Source of the DNA: Acidimicrobiia bacterium
GTDB taxonomy: Bacteria; Actinomycetota; Acidimicrobiia; Spongiisociales; ZC4RG35
Direction of reading: 5' to 3'
Length of the DNA: 64,000 nt
NCBI GenBank assembly: GCA_035292685.1
Contig: DATDPP010000079.1
Span: forward strand, 21,390 to 85,389
Part shown: positions 37,672 through 46,218 of the stretch, piece after piece
Numbering within the stretch: position 1 is the first letter of the stretch
Layout: each line of letters opens with the position of its first letter
Program-made: the position numbers and the translations under genes
Notes under the pieces: model-generated
Seen by the model: only the letters and a program-made list of their open reading frames with translations
The model's database searches: none
Told to the model about the DNA's origin: nothing

Positions 37672-38670
37672 ATGAAGACGATCGATATCCATTGCCATAT
37701 GTCGACACCGGCGAGCCGCGTCCCGGTCGCGATGCACAGACGGCCCCGAGACGAGCCGTACGACTACTTCATGGGCGAGGATTCCAGGGCCCACAACGCG
37801 GTGATGTACCCCGCCATTGCGGAGTCCCTGACCAACCCGGCCGCCCGTATTGAGCACATGGACAGGATGGGAATCGACCTCCAGGGCCTGGCAACCTTCG
37901 TTTCGGAGTACTCCTACTGGGCCCCCGCACGAGCCGGGGCGGAGTCGTCGCGGATCCAGAACGACAACCTGGCGGCGACGGTGGCCGCCAACTCCGATCG
38001 GTTCGTAGGGATGGGGGCCACGGTTCCCATGCAGGACATCGACCTCGCCATAGCCGAGATGGATCGCGCCATCGACGACCTGGGGTTCAAGGGTCTCCAG
38101 ATTGGAGGGACCATCAACGGGCGCAACCTCGACGAGCCGCGATTCCGACCATTCTGGGCAGCGGTGGAGGCCAAAGGCATACCTGTGATCCTCCACCCCA
38201 GCGGCTATACGGAAGGCCACAGATTCGGTGACTACTTCCTCACCAACTGCATCGGGAACCCCCTGGAGACGATGGTGGCTGCGACCCGCATGATCTTCAG
38301 CGGCCTGTTCGAGGAGCACCCGGGCATCAAGTTGGTCTTGCTCCATGGAGGGGGATACCTGCCCTTCTACAGCGCCCGCGCCGATCACACATGGGAGGTC
38401 AGGCCCGAGACCCGGATTCATATCCCCGACCACAACCCCAGCCATTACATGCGAGGCCTGTTCTACGACACGATGGTGTTCCAACCTCTCTATCTGAGGC
38501 ATTTGATCGAAGTGGTCGGAGTGGATCGGGTGATGCTGGGAACCGATTTTCCCTTCGATATGAGCGAAGTAGATCCTCGTGGCCTGATCGCCGCTACCGA
38601 CGGGATCACCGACGAGGACCGAGCCGAGATATCCGGGGGGAACGCGGCTCGCCTGTTCGGGATCTCTTGA
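37672..38670 (+). CDS. Amidohydrolase_2 family protein (ACMSD/LigW/LigJ-type)
   Basis: 'IDIHCHMS', 'LLHGGGYLPFY' and 'GTDFPFDM'. Confidence 0.85.
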   Translation: MKTIDIHCHMSTPASRVPVAMHRRPRDEPYDYFMGEDSRAHNAVMYPAIAESLTNPAARIEHMDRMGIDLQGLATFVSEYSYWAPARAGAESSRIQNDNLAATVAANSDRFVGMGATVPMQDIDLAIAEMDRAIDDLGFKGLQIGGTINGRNLDEPRFRPFWAAVEAKGIPVILHPSGYTEGHRFGDYFLTNCIGNPLETMVAATRMIFSGLFEEHPGIKLVLLHGGGYLPFYSARADHTWEVRPETRIHIPDHNPSHYMRGLFYDTMVFQPLYLRHLIEVVGVDRVMLGTDFPFDMSEVDPRGLIAATDGITDEDRAEISGGNAARLFGIS

Positions 38671-38727
38671 GCTAAACAGTCTCATCGGCACCGCCTCGCC
38701 GACCAGGCCCGAGCACATCGCCGAGAT

Positions 38728-40071
38728 TCATGCCTCCTCCGGGGGAACCCAGTCGGGAGTGGGCGTGTCATACGAGTGGGGCTCGTAGCGGTAGCCGACG
38801 AATTGGGGCGCCCATCGCCCCAGAAGCAGGGCGCCACCAATGCAGGCGAGACCACCCGACACCACGGAGAACCGAATCGAAGTCAACGCCGCCACGACGC
38901 CCGCCTCCAGATCTCCCAGCCGGGGGCCACCCGCTACCACCGCCATGTGGATCGAGGAGAGACGCCCCCGAAGCTCGTCAGGCGCGGCCAGTTGGACGAT
39001 TGTCCCCCGGAAGATCGCCGACACCACATCGGCCGCCCCGGCAATCGCCAGCAGCGCCAGGGCCAGTCCGAGAAACTCGGTCAGCCCGAAGATCGCGATT
39101 GCGATTCCCCATATGATCACGGCGACCATGACGGCATAGCCCTGCCGCCGCACCACCGACACCCACCCGGAGGTAAGGGCCGCGAGCAGGGCACCGGCGC
39201 CTGGGGCGGCGAAGAGGAGACCAACGGTGAAGGCGTCGCCGCCGAACACCGTGGTTCCCATCGCCGGGAAGAGGGCAGTGGGCATGCCGAAGACCATGGC
39301 ATTGAGGTCGATGAGGAATGTGGCCTGGAGCAGCCGGCGCCCCTTGAGATAGCGAAGACCCTCGGTGATCGACGAAAGCTCGAATTTGCGGCCGCCACCC
39401 ACGGGAGGTTGATCGGGGATGCGCCGGATCACCAGCGCCGCGGCGATGAAGGCGACGACCTCGATCCCATAGCTGAACGCCAGACCCACGGTCGCAATGA
39501 GGAGCCCTCCGAGTGCGGGGAACACCGCCCTGGCAACGTTGACCAGCGTTTGGTTGAGAGCCATGGCCGATGGAAGCAAACTCCTGCCCACCAAACCGGG
39601 GACAATCGAAGCGCGGGTCGGAGAGTCGATGGCAGACACCCCGGCGTTGACAGCACTGAGGACGAACAGAGGCCAGATGAGGGGTTGATCGGCGATCGAG
39701 TTCCACAAGAGCCCAGCGGCGGTGCCAGCGAGCACCAGTTGGGTGAGGATCAGCAGCCGGCGCCGGTTCACCGCGTCGGCGAGCGCCCCTCCCACGAGGG
39801 CAACCGCCAACAATGGGACGAGTTGCGCCAGCCCGAGAAGACCGACAGCCAGCGTGGAGCCTGTGAGCTGGTAGACCTGGAATGGAACAGCCACCACCGT
39901 GAGCTGTCGCCCGGCCTGGGCCAGGAACATCCCGAGGAACAACCACCTATAGCCGGGCACCTGTCGCAGTGGCGTGGTATCCACCACCGCCAGACGGCCA
40001 AACCGCCGTAGACGATCCTTCAATTGATCACCCTTCCCTGGCCTCGCCCGCGTGACCTTCCGGGGAATCAC
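38728..40071 (-). CDS. MFS transporter (EntS/MFS_3-like)
   Basis: 'YRWLFLGMFLAQAGRQLTVVA' N-terminal pattern and about 12 helices. Last gene of the operon 47451->38728. Confidence 0.8.
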   Translation of the reverse strand: MIPRKVTRARPGKGDQLKDRLRRFGRLAVVDTTPLRQVPGYRWLFLGMFLAQAGRQLTVVAVPFQVYQLTGSTLAVGLLGLAQLVPLLAVALVGGALADAVNRRRLLILTQLVLAGTAAGLLWNSIADQPLIWPLFVLSAVNAGVSAIDSPTRASIVPGLVGRSLLPSAMALNQTLVNVARAVFPALGGLLIATVGLAFSYGIEVVAFIAAALVIRRIPDQPPVGGGRKFELSSITEGLRYLKGRRLLQATFLIDLNAMVFGMPTALFPAMGTTVFGGDAFTVGLLFAAPGAGALLAALTSGWVSVVRRQGYAVMVAVIIWGIAIAIFGLTEFLGLALALLAIAGAADVVSAIFRGTIVQLAAPDELRGRLSSIHMAVVAGGPRLGDLEAGVVAALTSIRFSVVSGGLACIGGALLLGRWAPQFVGYRYEPHSYDTPTPDWVPPEEA

Positions 40072-40122
40072 TCGATCAAGTGATCCCCCACGGCGGGAAG
40101 CTGACCCTCTTGGCCGTCCATT

Positions 40123-42480
40123 CTATGTGGGGATCCTGGCACCCCGACCACTGATCGCGTTGAACACCCATTCGCTGCTGACCGGATGGTGATTGACCAC
40201 GATCCCGTACTGGCTCAAGGCGTGCTCGATGGCGGAGATGACGGCCGCGGCGGCGGGAAGGGTTCCCCCCTCCCCCGCCCCCTTGGCTCCGAGTGGATTG
40301 AACGGGGACGGGGTCTCCGTGTGGAGTTTGGTCAGGGGAGGCATATCAACTGCTGTCATCAACCGATAGTCCATGAATGAGGTGGTGAGCGGCTGACCGG
40401 ATTCGGTGAATACCACTTGCTCCAAAAGCGCATTGCCCAGACCGTGGGCCACTCCCCCATCGATCTGGCCGTCCACGATCATCGGGTTGAGGACCGTGCC
40501 ACAGTCATGGACCACGACATAATTGACGACCGTCACCTGACCGGTCTCCGGGTCCACCTCCACTTCGGCAATATGGGTGCCGTAGGCGTAGGCGGCCCCT
40601 TGGAATGGGAGCACTCGCTCGACCGACAGTCCGGGGCGCTCCTGATGGAGCAGCACAGTGGATCCGAGCTTCGGTTGAACACCGGATGCCAGATCACCGA
40701 GTGAGATCTCGGTTCCCGGCTGGCCAACCACCATCGCAGCACCACCGACCAGAACGATGTCCTCCGGTGACGCCTCCAGCTTCTGCGCCGCCAACTCCTT
40801 GATCAGGCCCGCGAGTTCAATCGCTGTGGTGTGGATTGCCGACGCCGCGGTCACCCCGGTGCGGCTGGCCACCGTCGCCATGCCGTGGGCGTAGCGCCCG
40901 GTGTCCCCACCCCGCACCCGGACCTTTCCGGGGTCGACCCCAAGGTGTTCGGCGCAGATCTGGGCAAAAACCGTGGCGTGGCCCTGGCCCTGGGAGCCCG
41001 CCCCGGTTTCGACCAGCACATCACCGTTGGTCAGAACCTCGATACGGGCCCCCTCGTATGGGCCCAGACCGGTGTCCTCGACATAGGAGGCGATTCCATA
41101 TCCCCGAAGTTTTCCCTGCTGTGCCGACCAGGCACGTCGCTCTTCGAACTCATCGACAGTGGCCGCCTCCAGCGCCATCTCCATAGCAGCGGGGTAGTCG
41201 CCCCCGTCATAAGTGGTAGGGCTCCCATCGGTGGCCGGGATATCTATCCGGTAGGGAAAGGCATCCGGTGGGATGAAGTTTCGCCGTCTCACCTCTGCCC
41301 GGTTCAGATCGAGCTCTCGGGCAATGGCGTCTATGAGTCGCTCGACCGCGAAAACCGCGTTAGGTCGCCCTGCGCCACGAATGGCGCCGGTTGGGGACGC
41401 ATTGGTGAATACCACATCGATCGATACCTCGAGTGCCGGGACCACGTAGGGCCCTGACATCAATCGGAGTGTGGTGAAAGGAACTGGGAGCCCATAGGCC
41501 ACAAAAGCACCGATGTCGTGGACTAGTCGGCCCCGGATCCCGAGGATCCTCCCCTCGGAATCCACCGCAGCCTCCACCCGACCACTCTGCCCCCGTTGCT
41601 GGTTGGTGGCCACGAAATGCTCGCGTCGGCGCTCAGTCCATTTCACGGGGCGGCGCAGCCGCGAGGCCAACGCCGCCACCACGTACTCCTCGGCGTAAAC
41701 CGTCGCTTTGGGCCCAAAACCACCACCGACGTCGGGGGCGATCACCCGCAACTCGTCCGGAGAGAGGCCGAGATACGAGGACACGAGAGTCCGCACGGCG
41801 TGTGGGGCCTGGCTGGACGACCACAGTGTCAGCCGACCCTCCACATCGTCCCAGCGACCGACAACGGCCCGACATTCCATCGAGGCCAGGGCCCCCCGAT
41901 GCTGGTCCACATCGATTGAGATCTGATGGTCAGCCTCTTGGAACGCCGCATCGAGATCCCCGTATCTGGCCGCGATGGTCGCCACCAGATTCGATTCGGA
42001 GCCGACATGAGCCGGAGGCGCGTCGTCGTCAAGCGCTCGTCGGTGGTCGATGACAACAGGGAGCACCTCGTAGTCGACCTCGACCTGACCGGCGGCGTCG
42101 ACGGCCTCGGCCTGGCTCTCGGCAACCACGACTGCGACGGGTTGGCCCACGAAACAGACCTCTCCCACGGCCAGCGGAGAGGCGCGGATCGGCTGGCGGA
42201 TGAGTGGAGACTGATTCTGCGCCGGCATCGGTGATTCGACCCCCAGGTCCGCGGCCGTGAAGAAGCCGATCAGCCCGGTGGTCCCCGCGGGGTCAAACGA
42301 AATGGAATCGATCAAGGCATGGGCTTCTGCGCTTCGGATGAACACCGCGTGGGCCATTCCCTCGAACTGGATGTCGTCGACGTAGCGCCCCTCCCCCCTC
42401 ACCAGACGAGGATCTTCGAGACGACGGAGCGGGCGGCCGATCAACGAACCAGCCCGCCCAACTCCTCGAGATACCGGCAC
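40123..42480 (-). CDS. Molybdopterin-binding large subunit of a xanthine-dehydrogenase/aldehyde-oxidase/CoxL-family hydroxylase
   Basis: 'RLEDPRLVRGEGRYVDD' N-terminus, 'GAIRGAGRP' active-site-loop type, 'GGGFG' and C-terminal 'AKGAGEGG'. The alternative TTG start at 42444 would give a TTGA overlap with the upstream stop. Confidence 0.9.
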   Translation of the reverse strand: MPVSRGVGRAGSLIGRPLRRLEDPRLVRGEGRYVDDIQFEGMAHAVFIRSAEAHALIDSISFDPAGTTGLIGFFTAADLGVESPMPAQNQSPLIRQPIRASPLAVGEVCFVGQPVAVVVAESQAEAVDAAGQVEVDYEVLPVVIDHRRALDDDAPPAHVGSESNLVATIAARYGDLDAAFQEADHQISIDVDQHRGALASMECRAVVGRWDDVEGRLTLWSSSQAPHAVRTLVSSYLGLSPDELRVIAPDVGGGFGPKATVYAEEYVVAALASRLRRPVKWTERRREHFVATNQQRGQSGRVEAAVDSEGRILGIRGRLVHDIGAFVAYGLPVPFTTLRLMSGPYVVPALEVSIDVVFTNASPTGAIRGAGRPNAVFAVERLIDAIARELDLNRAEVRRRNFIPPDAFPYRIDIPATDGSPTTYDGGDYPAAMEMALEAATVDEFEERRAWSAQQGKLRGYGIASYVEDTGLGPYEGARIEVLTNGDVLVETGAGSQGQGHATVFAQICAEHLGVDPGKVRVRGGDTGRYAHGMATVASRTGVTAASAIHTTAIELAGLIKELAAQKLEASPEDIVLVGGAAMVVGQPGTEISLGDLASGVQPKLGSTVLLHQERPGLSVERVLPFQGAAYAYGTHIAEVEVDPETGQVTVVNYVVVHDCGTVLNPMIVDGQIDGGVAHGLGNALLEQVVFTESGQPLTTSFMDYRLMTAVDMPPLTKLHTETPSPFNPLGAKGAGEGGTLPAAAAVISAIEHALSQYGIVVNHHPVSSEWVFNAISGRGARIPT

Positions 42481-43316
42481 AGGGCAGCGGCATCGAGGTC
42501 TCCCAGCCCGGCGTTACTCGACTCCATGTAGACGGGGATGGCCGCGTCGAGAAGTGGTGTTGGCGCACCGACCGACTCTGCGAAGTCCTTGATGATCCGT
42601 GCGTCTTTGAGGATGATGTCGAGGCGGGCCGCCGTTGGGTAATCGTCGTTCACCATCATTGGGCCTCGTATCTCGAAGATCTTCGAGGACCCGACCCCAT
42701 CGGTCATGACCTCCTGGACCAGGGCCGGGTCGAGCCCGGCAGCGATCCCGAGCGCATGAGCCTCGGCGGTCGCCAGGTTATGCACCGCCACCAGCAGGTT
42801 GGCAACGTACTTCATCCTCGACCCGTTGCCGAAGTCACCCAGGTAATGGGTCGATCGCCCGATGGCGTCCAACACGGGCCGCGCCCGCTCGAATCCCTCC
42901 GGACTGCCAGAGGCAAATACCACCAGAGTGGCGTCCGCCGCCTGAAGACCCGTCCCTGAGAGAGGCGTGTCCATCAACTCCACGCCCTTCGCCGCCAACG
43001 ACGACCTTGCGGCCGTCTTGGCGTCGAGGGGGAAGGTCCCCGTTTCCAGACAGAGCAGGCCGCTGTGGGCGTTGGCTGCCACTTCTGTGACCACAGCTGA
43101 AAGGGACGACGTAGTGGGCAGCGAGAAAACCACCACATCGGAGTCGGCCGCAACCTCACCCGCCGACGCCGACTCGACCCCACCTTTCGCAACCATTGCC
43201 GCGATCTTCTCAGGCGCGATGTCGAAGCCCTTCACCCGGTGACCCGCCCTCAGGAGGTTTCCGGCCATCGCCGAGCCCATCACCCCGAGACCGATCACAC
43301 CGACCCGATCACTCAT
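42441..43316 (-). CDS. HIBADH-type NAD(P)-dependent beta-hydroxyacid dehydrogenase
   Basis: 'VGVIGLGVMGSAM', 'LMDTPLSGTG' and 'GNGSRMKYVANLL'. Start taken at ATG 43316. Confidence 0.85.
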   Translation of the reverse strand: MSDRVGVIGLGVMGSAMAGNLLRAGHRVKGFDIAPEKIAAMVAKGGVESASAGEVAADSDVVVFSLPTTSSLSAVVTEVAANAHSGLLCLETGTFPLDAKTAARSSLAAKGVELMDTPLSGTGLQAADATLVVFASGSPEGFERARPVLDAIGRSTHYLGDFGNGSRMKYVANLLVAVHNLATAEAHALGIAAGLDPALVQEVMTDGVGSSKIFEIRGPMMVNDDYPTAARLDIILKDARIIKDFAESVGAPTPLLDAAIPVYMESSNAGLGDLDAAALCRYLEELGGLVR

Positions 43317-44949
43317 CGTCGCCTCCTCGGAGCGGCAGCGACGAAACCACCCCGGCATAGCCGTCGACAGCCACGATCTCGAGCCTATCCCCGGGAAGAT
43401 CGACGCCGCACACAGCCGGGACGCCGAGCGCCCTGGCCGAATCGAATAGATGCGCTGCTGGGCTCCCTGACGCAGTCACCAGCCCGGCAGCGTCCCAGAG
43501 CAGCGGCGCCAGGCCAGGCACTGGCTGTACCGCGGACGCCACCTGTCGGACGCGGAAGGACTCTGTCAAGCTTGAGTCGTCGATCGGACACCGTAGTCCG
43601 GCACCGACACCGGATGAGGCCGGGGTGCCACGATGATGACGCCCGTTCACCAGGACAACAGCAGCAACGAATGGCTCCCATTGGCCGATCCCGACCCTCG
43701 CTGCCATGACGCGGGTGGACCCGCCGAGCACCGAGTCCACGTCGCCTTTCGCCAGATACCAGGCTGATTCTGCGTCCGCCGCAGCGCCAAGTTCGACCAT
43801 CGTCGTTCGAACCATGCTCACCAAGGAAAGCAGACGCCCGCCAGCCATGGCATCCGGTGGGCGGAGGCGGCGAACCTGCGCGATCGCGCTCGCCGGATCT
43901 GGCCCCCGCAAAGCCCGGATGCATTTCCTGGCGGCCTCGATGGCCGATTCCGGAGGAAGCCCCCAGACCTCCCCTGCAAGTTGGGCGCAGAGCTCTGTCG
44001 CCTCACGCGAAGCCTCGGTCGGCGATCCGAAGTCCGTCGGCACCGGGTCGGGCAAGCCACCCAGGCCCCAGGGGAGGATCCAGGCCTCTCCCAACTGGCC
44101 GGGAGCCTGGACGACAGTCCGTGCCAGCCGAATCAGATGAGGGTCGTCGAGCTCACCCTCCATGACCCCCGCAAATGCGGGTTCGCCAGGTGGCGGAGCA
44201 CCCAGCTGTAGCAACCAGACCTCACCATCGACTGCCGCCCATTCGCTCTGAGTGACCCCCAAAAGCTCGCCGGCCGATCGCATGCTCCTCGCGATCGCGG
44301 TTAGCGTCTCGGCCCCCAACAGCTCTATAAGCTCATCCTCAACCCAGCCATCCTTCCAACGAGCCTGATGACCGGTCACCCAGCCCTGCAACAGTGGGGC
44401 CGGCGAGCCCTTGGTACCGATGATCGAGATGGCCCCATCCGCCTCAATCCGGGCGGTTCCCCCTGCCGAGGGTTGCAATGCAGGTTGGACGATCACAGAC
44501 ATCGCGACCGACCCCGGTTCAATGGATGCTCGCTCCAACCGCTCCAGCGTGGCCACCGCGAAGACCGAGGCCCAGCACCCGACCACGCCTCTGGTCAGAT
44601 CGTCAAGCCCGAGATCGAGATAGGAGGTGAAGGCCCCGGACCACTCGCCAGACGCCTCCAGGCTCGTAGACGATCGCGCCACCAGCATCGGTCCCAACGG
44701 AGACGCCCGAGTTTTCAACTCGGCGCCAAAGGACAAGGGCTCACCGGTGATCGCCAGACGAGCCCCACCCGAACCCCGTTGGGCGAGATTCTCTGCCCCC
44801 AACCTCATGTGCTCGCGCGACGCCCTGCCTTCGACCACGATCCCGGGGAGAATCGGGAGGCCCACCCTCCGGCCACGCGCCAGCCAGGCTGCCTTGGCAC
44901 CGACCCTTCCCGGGTCGAGGCTTCGATCCTCGTCGAGGTCGATGATCAC
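43309..44949 (-). CDS. PEP-synthase/PPDK-like phosphotransferase: ATP-grasp nucleotide-binding domain plus C-terminal phosphohistidine swivel domain, with no PEP/pyruvate TIM-barrel domain
   Basis: N-terminus 'GRVGAKAAWLARGRRVGLPILPGIVV' (PPDK_N-like) and 'MLVARSSTSLE'. C-terminus 'GLVTASGSPAAHLFDSARALGVPAVCGV' (mobile His domain). The protein ends about 30 aa later. Confidence 0.7.
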   Translation of the reverse strand: MIIDLDEDRSLDPGRVGAKAAWLARGRRVGLPILPGIVVEGRASREHMRLGAENLAQRGSGGARLAITGEPLSFGAELKTRASPLGPMLVARSSTSLEASGEWSGAFTSYLDLGLDDLTRGVVGCWASVFAVATLERLERASIEPGSVAMSVIVQPALQPSAGGTARIEADGAISIIGTKGSPAPLLQGWVTGHQARWKDGWVEDELIELLGAETLTAIARSMRSAGELLGVTQSEWAAVDGEVWLLQLGAPPPGEPAFAGVMEGELDDPHLIRLARTVVQAPGQLGEAWILPWGLGGLPDPVPTDFGSPTEASREATELCAQLAGEVWGLPPESAIEAARKCIRALRGPDPASAIAQVRRLRPPDAMAGGRLLSLVSMVRTTMVELGAAADAESAWYLAKGDVDSVLGGSTRVMAARVGIGQWEPFVAAVVLVNGRHHRGTPASSGVGAGLRCPIDDSSLTESFRVRQVASAVQPVPGLAPLLWDAAGLVTASGSPAAHLFDSARALGVPAVCGVDLPGDRLEIVAVDGYAGVVSSLPLRGGDDE

Positions 44950-44954
44950 CCCGG

Positions 44955-46193
44955 TCAGGTGGTCGAGATGATCTCGTGGGAGGCGTAGCTCGATACCAGC
45001 TCGATGCCGGTATCGGTCACGTAGAGCATCTCCTCCAGGCGAACACCGTGATCGTGGAGCTTGCCGTGTTGCGTCTCGAGAGCGAACGTCATCCCCGGCT
45101 GGATCTCGACCGGATGGTCCAAAGACCAGATCCGGGAAATGACCGGAGGATCGTATTGGGCGAGACCGAGACCGTGTCCCCAGAAGTTGGCTGCGGCCTG
45201 GTCCTCCTCCTCATATCCCCAGACCTCCTTGGCCGAAGGCCACTGCGAGGCAACATCTGCGGTGGTAACCCCGGGTTTGGTGGCCTCGATCGAATCCCAC
45301 AGCCATTTGTGGGCCAGGTCATAGGTCTGCTGATGTTCGTCGGTGGGTGTGCCACCCACGCAATAGGTGCGATAGACACACGACTTGAAGCCATTCCAGG
45401 TCAACGCAGCCAGGTCGACGATCACCAATTCGCCAGGCCTGATCATGCGATCGGAGAAGTTGCGCCAATTTGGCCAGGCGTTGGGGCCGGAGGAGACGAT
45501 GACGTCCTCGACGTCTTCCATGCCAGGGAGCGAATAGAGCTTCTCGAACCCAAAGGCAGCGACCTCGTTCTCGGTCAACCCGGGCTTTATGAAGTTGGTG
45601 ATCTCGTAATGGACGTAGTCGCAAATCGCCCCCACGATCGAGAACGCCTTGATCTCGTCTGGGCTCTTGATCGCCCGGGCCTCCATCATCGGGGTCATTC
45701 CATCGGTCCAGTTGATCCCGCGTGCCTCGAATTGGCGCACCAGGTTGATGTCGATGAAGTCGACGCCAAGCGGCTGGTCTTTGACTCCTGCCTCCTCCAG
45801 GTCGTTCATCAGGGCGTCGAGGAACTTGTTGACCTGCTGCTCGGCTGCGGGGCCGACCGCTCCCTTGATCCAGGAGTAGGAGTAGCGGATGTTCTCCTCG
45901 GGAATCCAAGGATTGTGGACTTTGAGATGAAAACCGATATCGCCCTGTTCGTACACGATGGGTGGCTTACCGGCGGTCAGCACCACGTAGCGAAGGCCCG
46001 GCTTCAACCGGTTCCAACCGGGCGTGAGGGTCGAGGACACGTAACGCATGTTCTCGTCGTAGAACAGGAGCAGCGCACCCAGACCGTGGCGCTCCATTGC
46101 CGCGTGAGCGCGTTTGAGCCTCCAATCCCGCACATTGGCCCAGTTGATGCCTTCCTTCCAGTCGGTGCTCAGACCGAAAAACGCTTCTCTCAT
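44955..46193 (-). CDS. M24-family (creatinase/prolidase pita-bread fold) protein with a variant metal site
   Basis: Creatinase_N-like N-domain; C-domain motifs 'VIVDLAALTWNGFKSCVYRT', 'WGHGLGL', 'FALETQ' and 'VRLEEML'. Confidence 0.8.
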   Translation of the reverse strand: MREAFFGLSTDWKEGINWANVRDWRLKRAHAAMERHGLGALLLFYDENMRYVSSTLTPGWNRLKPGLRYVVLTAGKPPIVYEQGDIGFHLKVHNPWIPEENIRYSYSWIKGAVGPAAEQQVNKFLDALMNDLEEAGVKDQPLGVDFIDINLVRQFEARGINWTDGMTPMMEARAIKSPDEIKAFSIVGAICDYVHYEITNFIKPGLTENEVAAFGFEKLYSLPGMEDVEDVIVSSGPNAWPNWRNFSDRMIRPGELVIVDLAALTWNGFKSCVYRTYCVGGTPTDEHQQTYDLAHKWLWDSIEATKPGVTTADVASQWPSAKEVWGYEEEDQAAANFWGHGLGLAQYDPPVISRIWSLDHPVEIQPGMTFALETQHGKLHDHGVRLEEMLYVTDTGIELVSSYASHEIISTT

Positions 46194-46218
46194 GGTGGTG
46201 CCGTCTCCCTCTTCTTCC

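Noticed and set aside
42444-42480. 40-nt overlap between the Mo-hydroxylase start (GTG 42480) and the upstream HIBADH gene, as a sign of programmed frameshifting or a gene fusion.
   Set aside because: An in-frame TTG at 42444 gives an ordinary TTGA coupling overlap and still precedes the conserved 'IGRPLRRLEDPRL' N-terminus. Ambiguous start choice is the simpler explanation.
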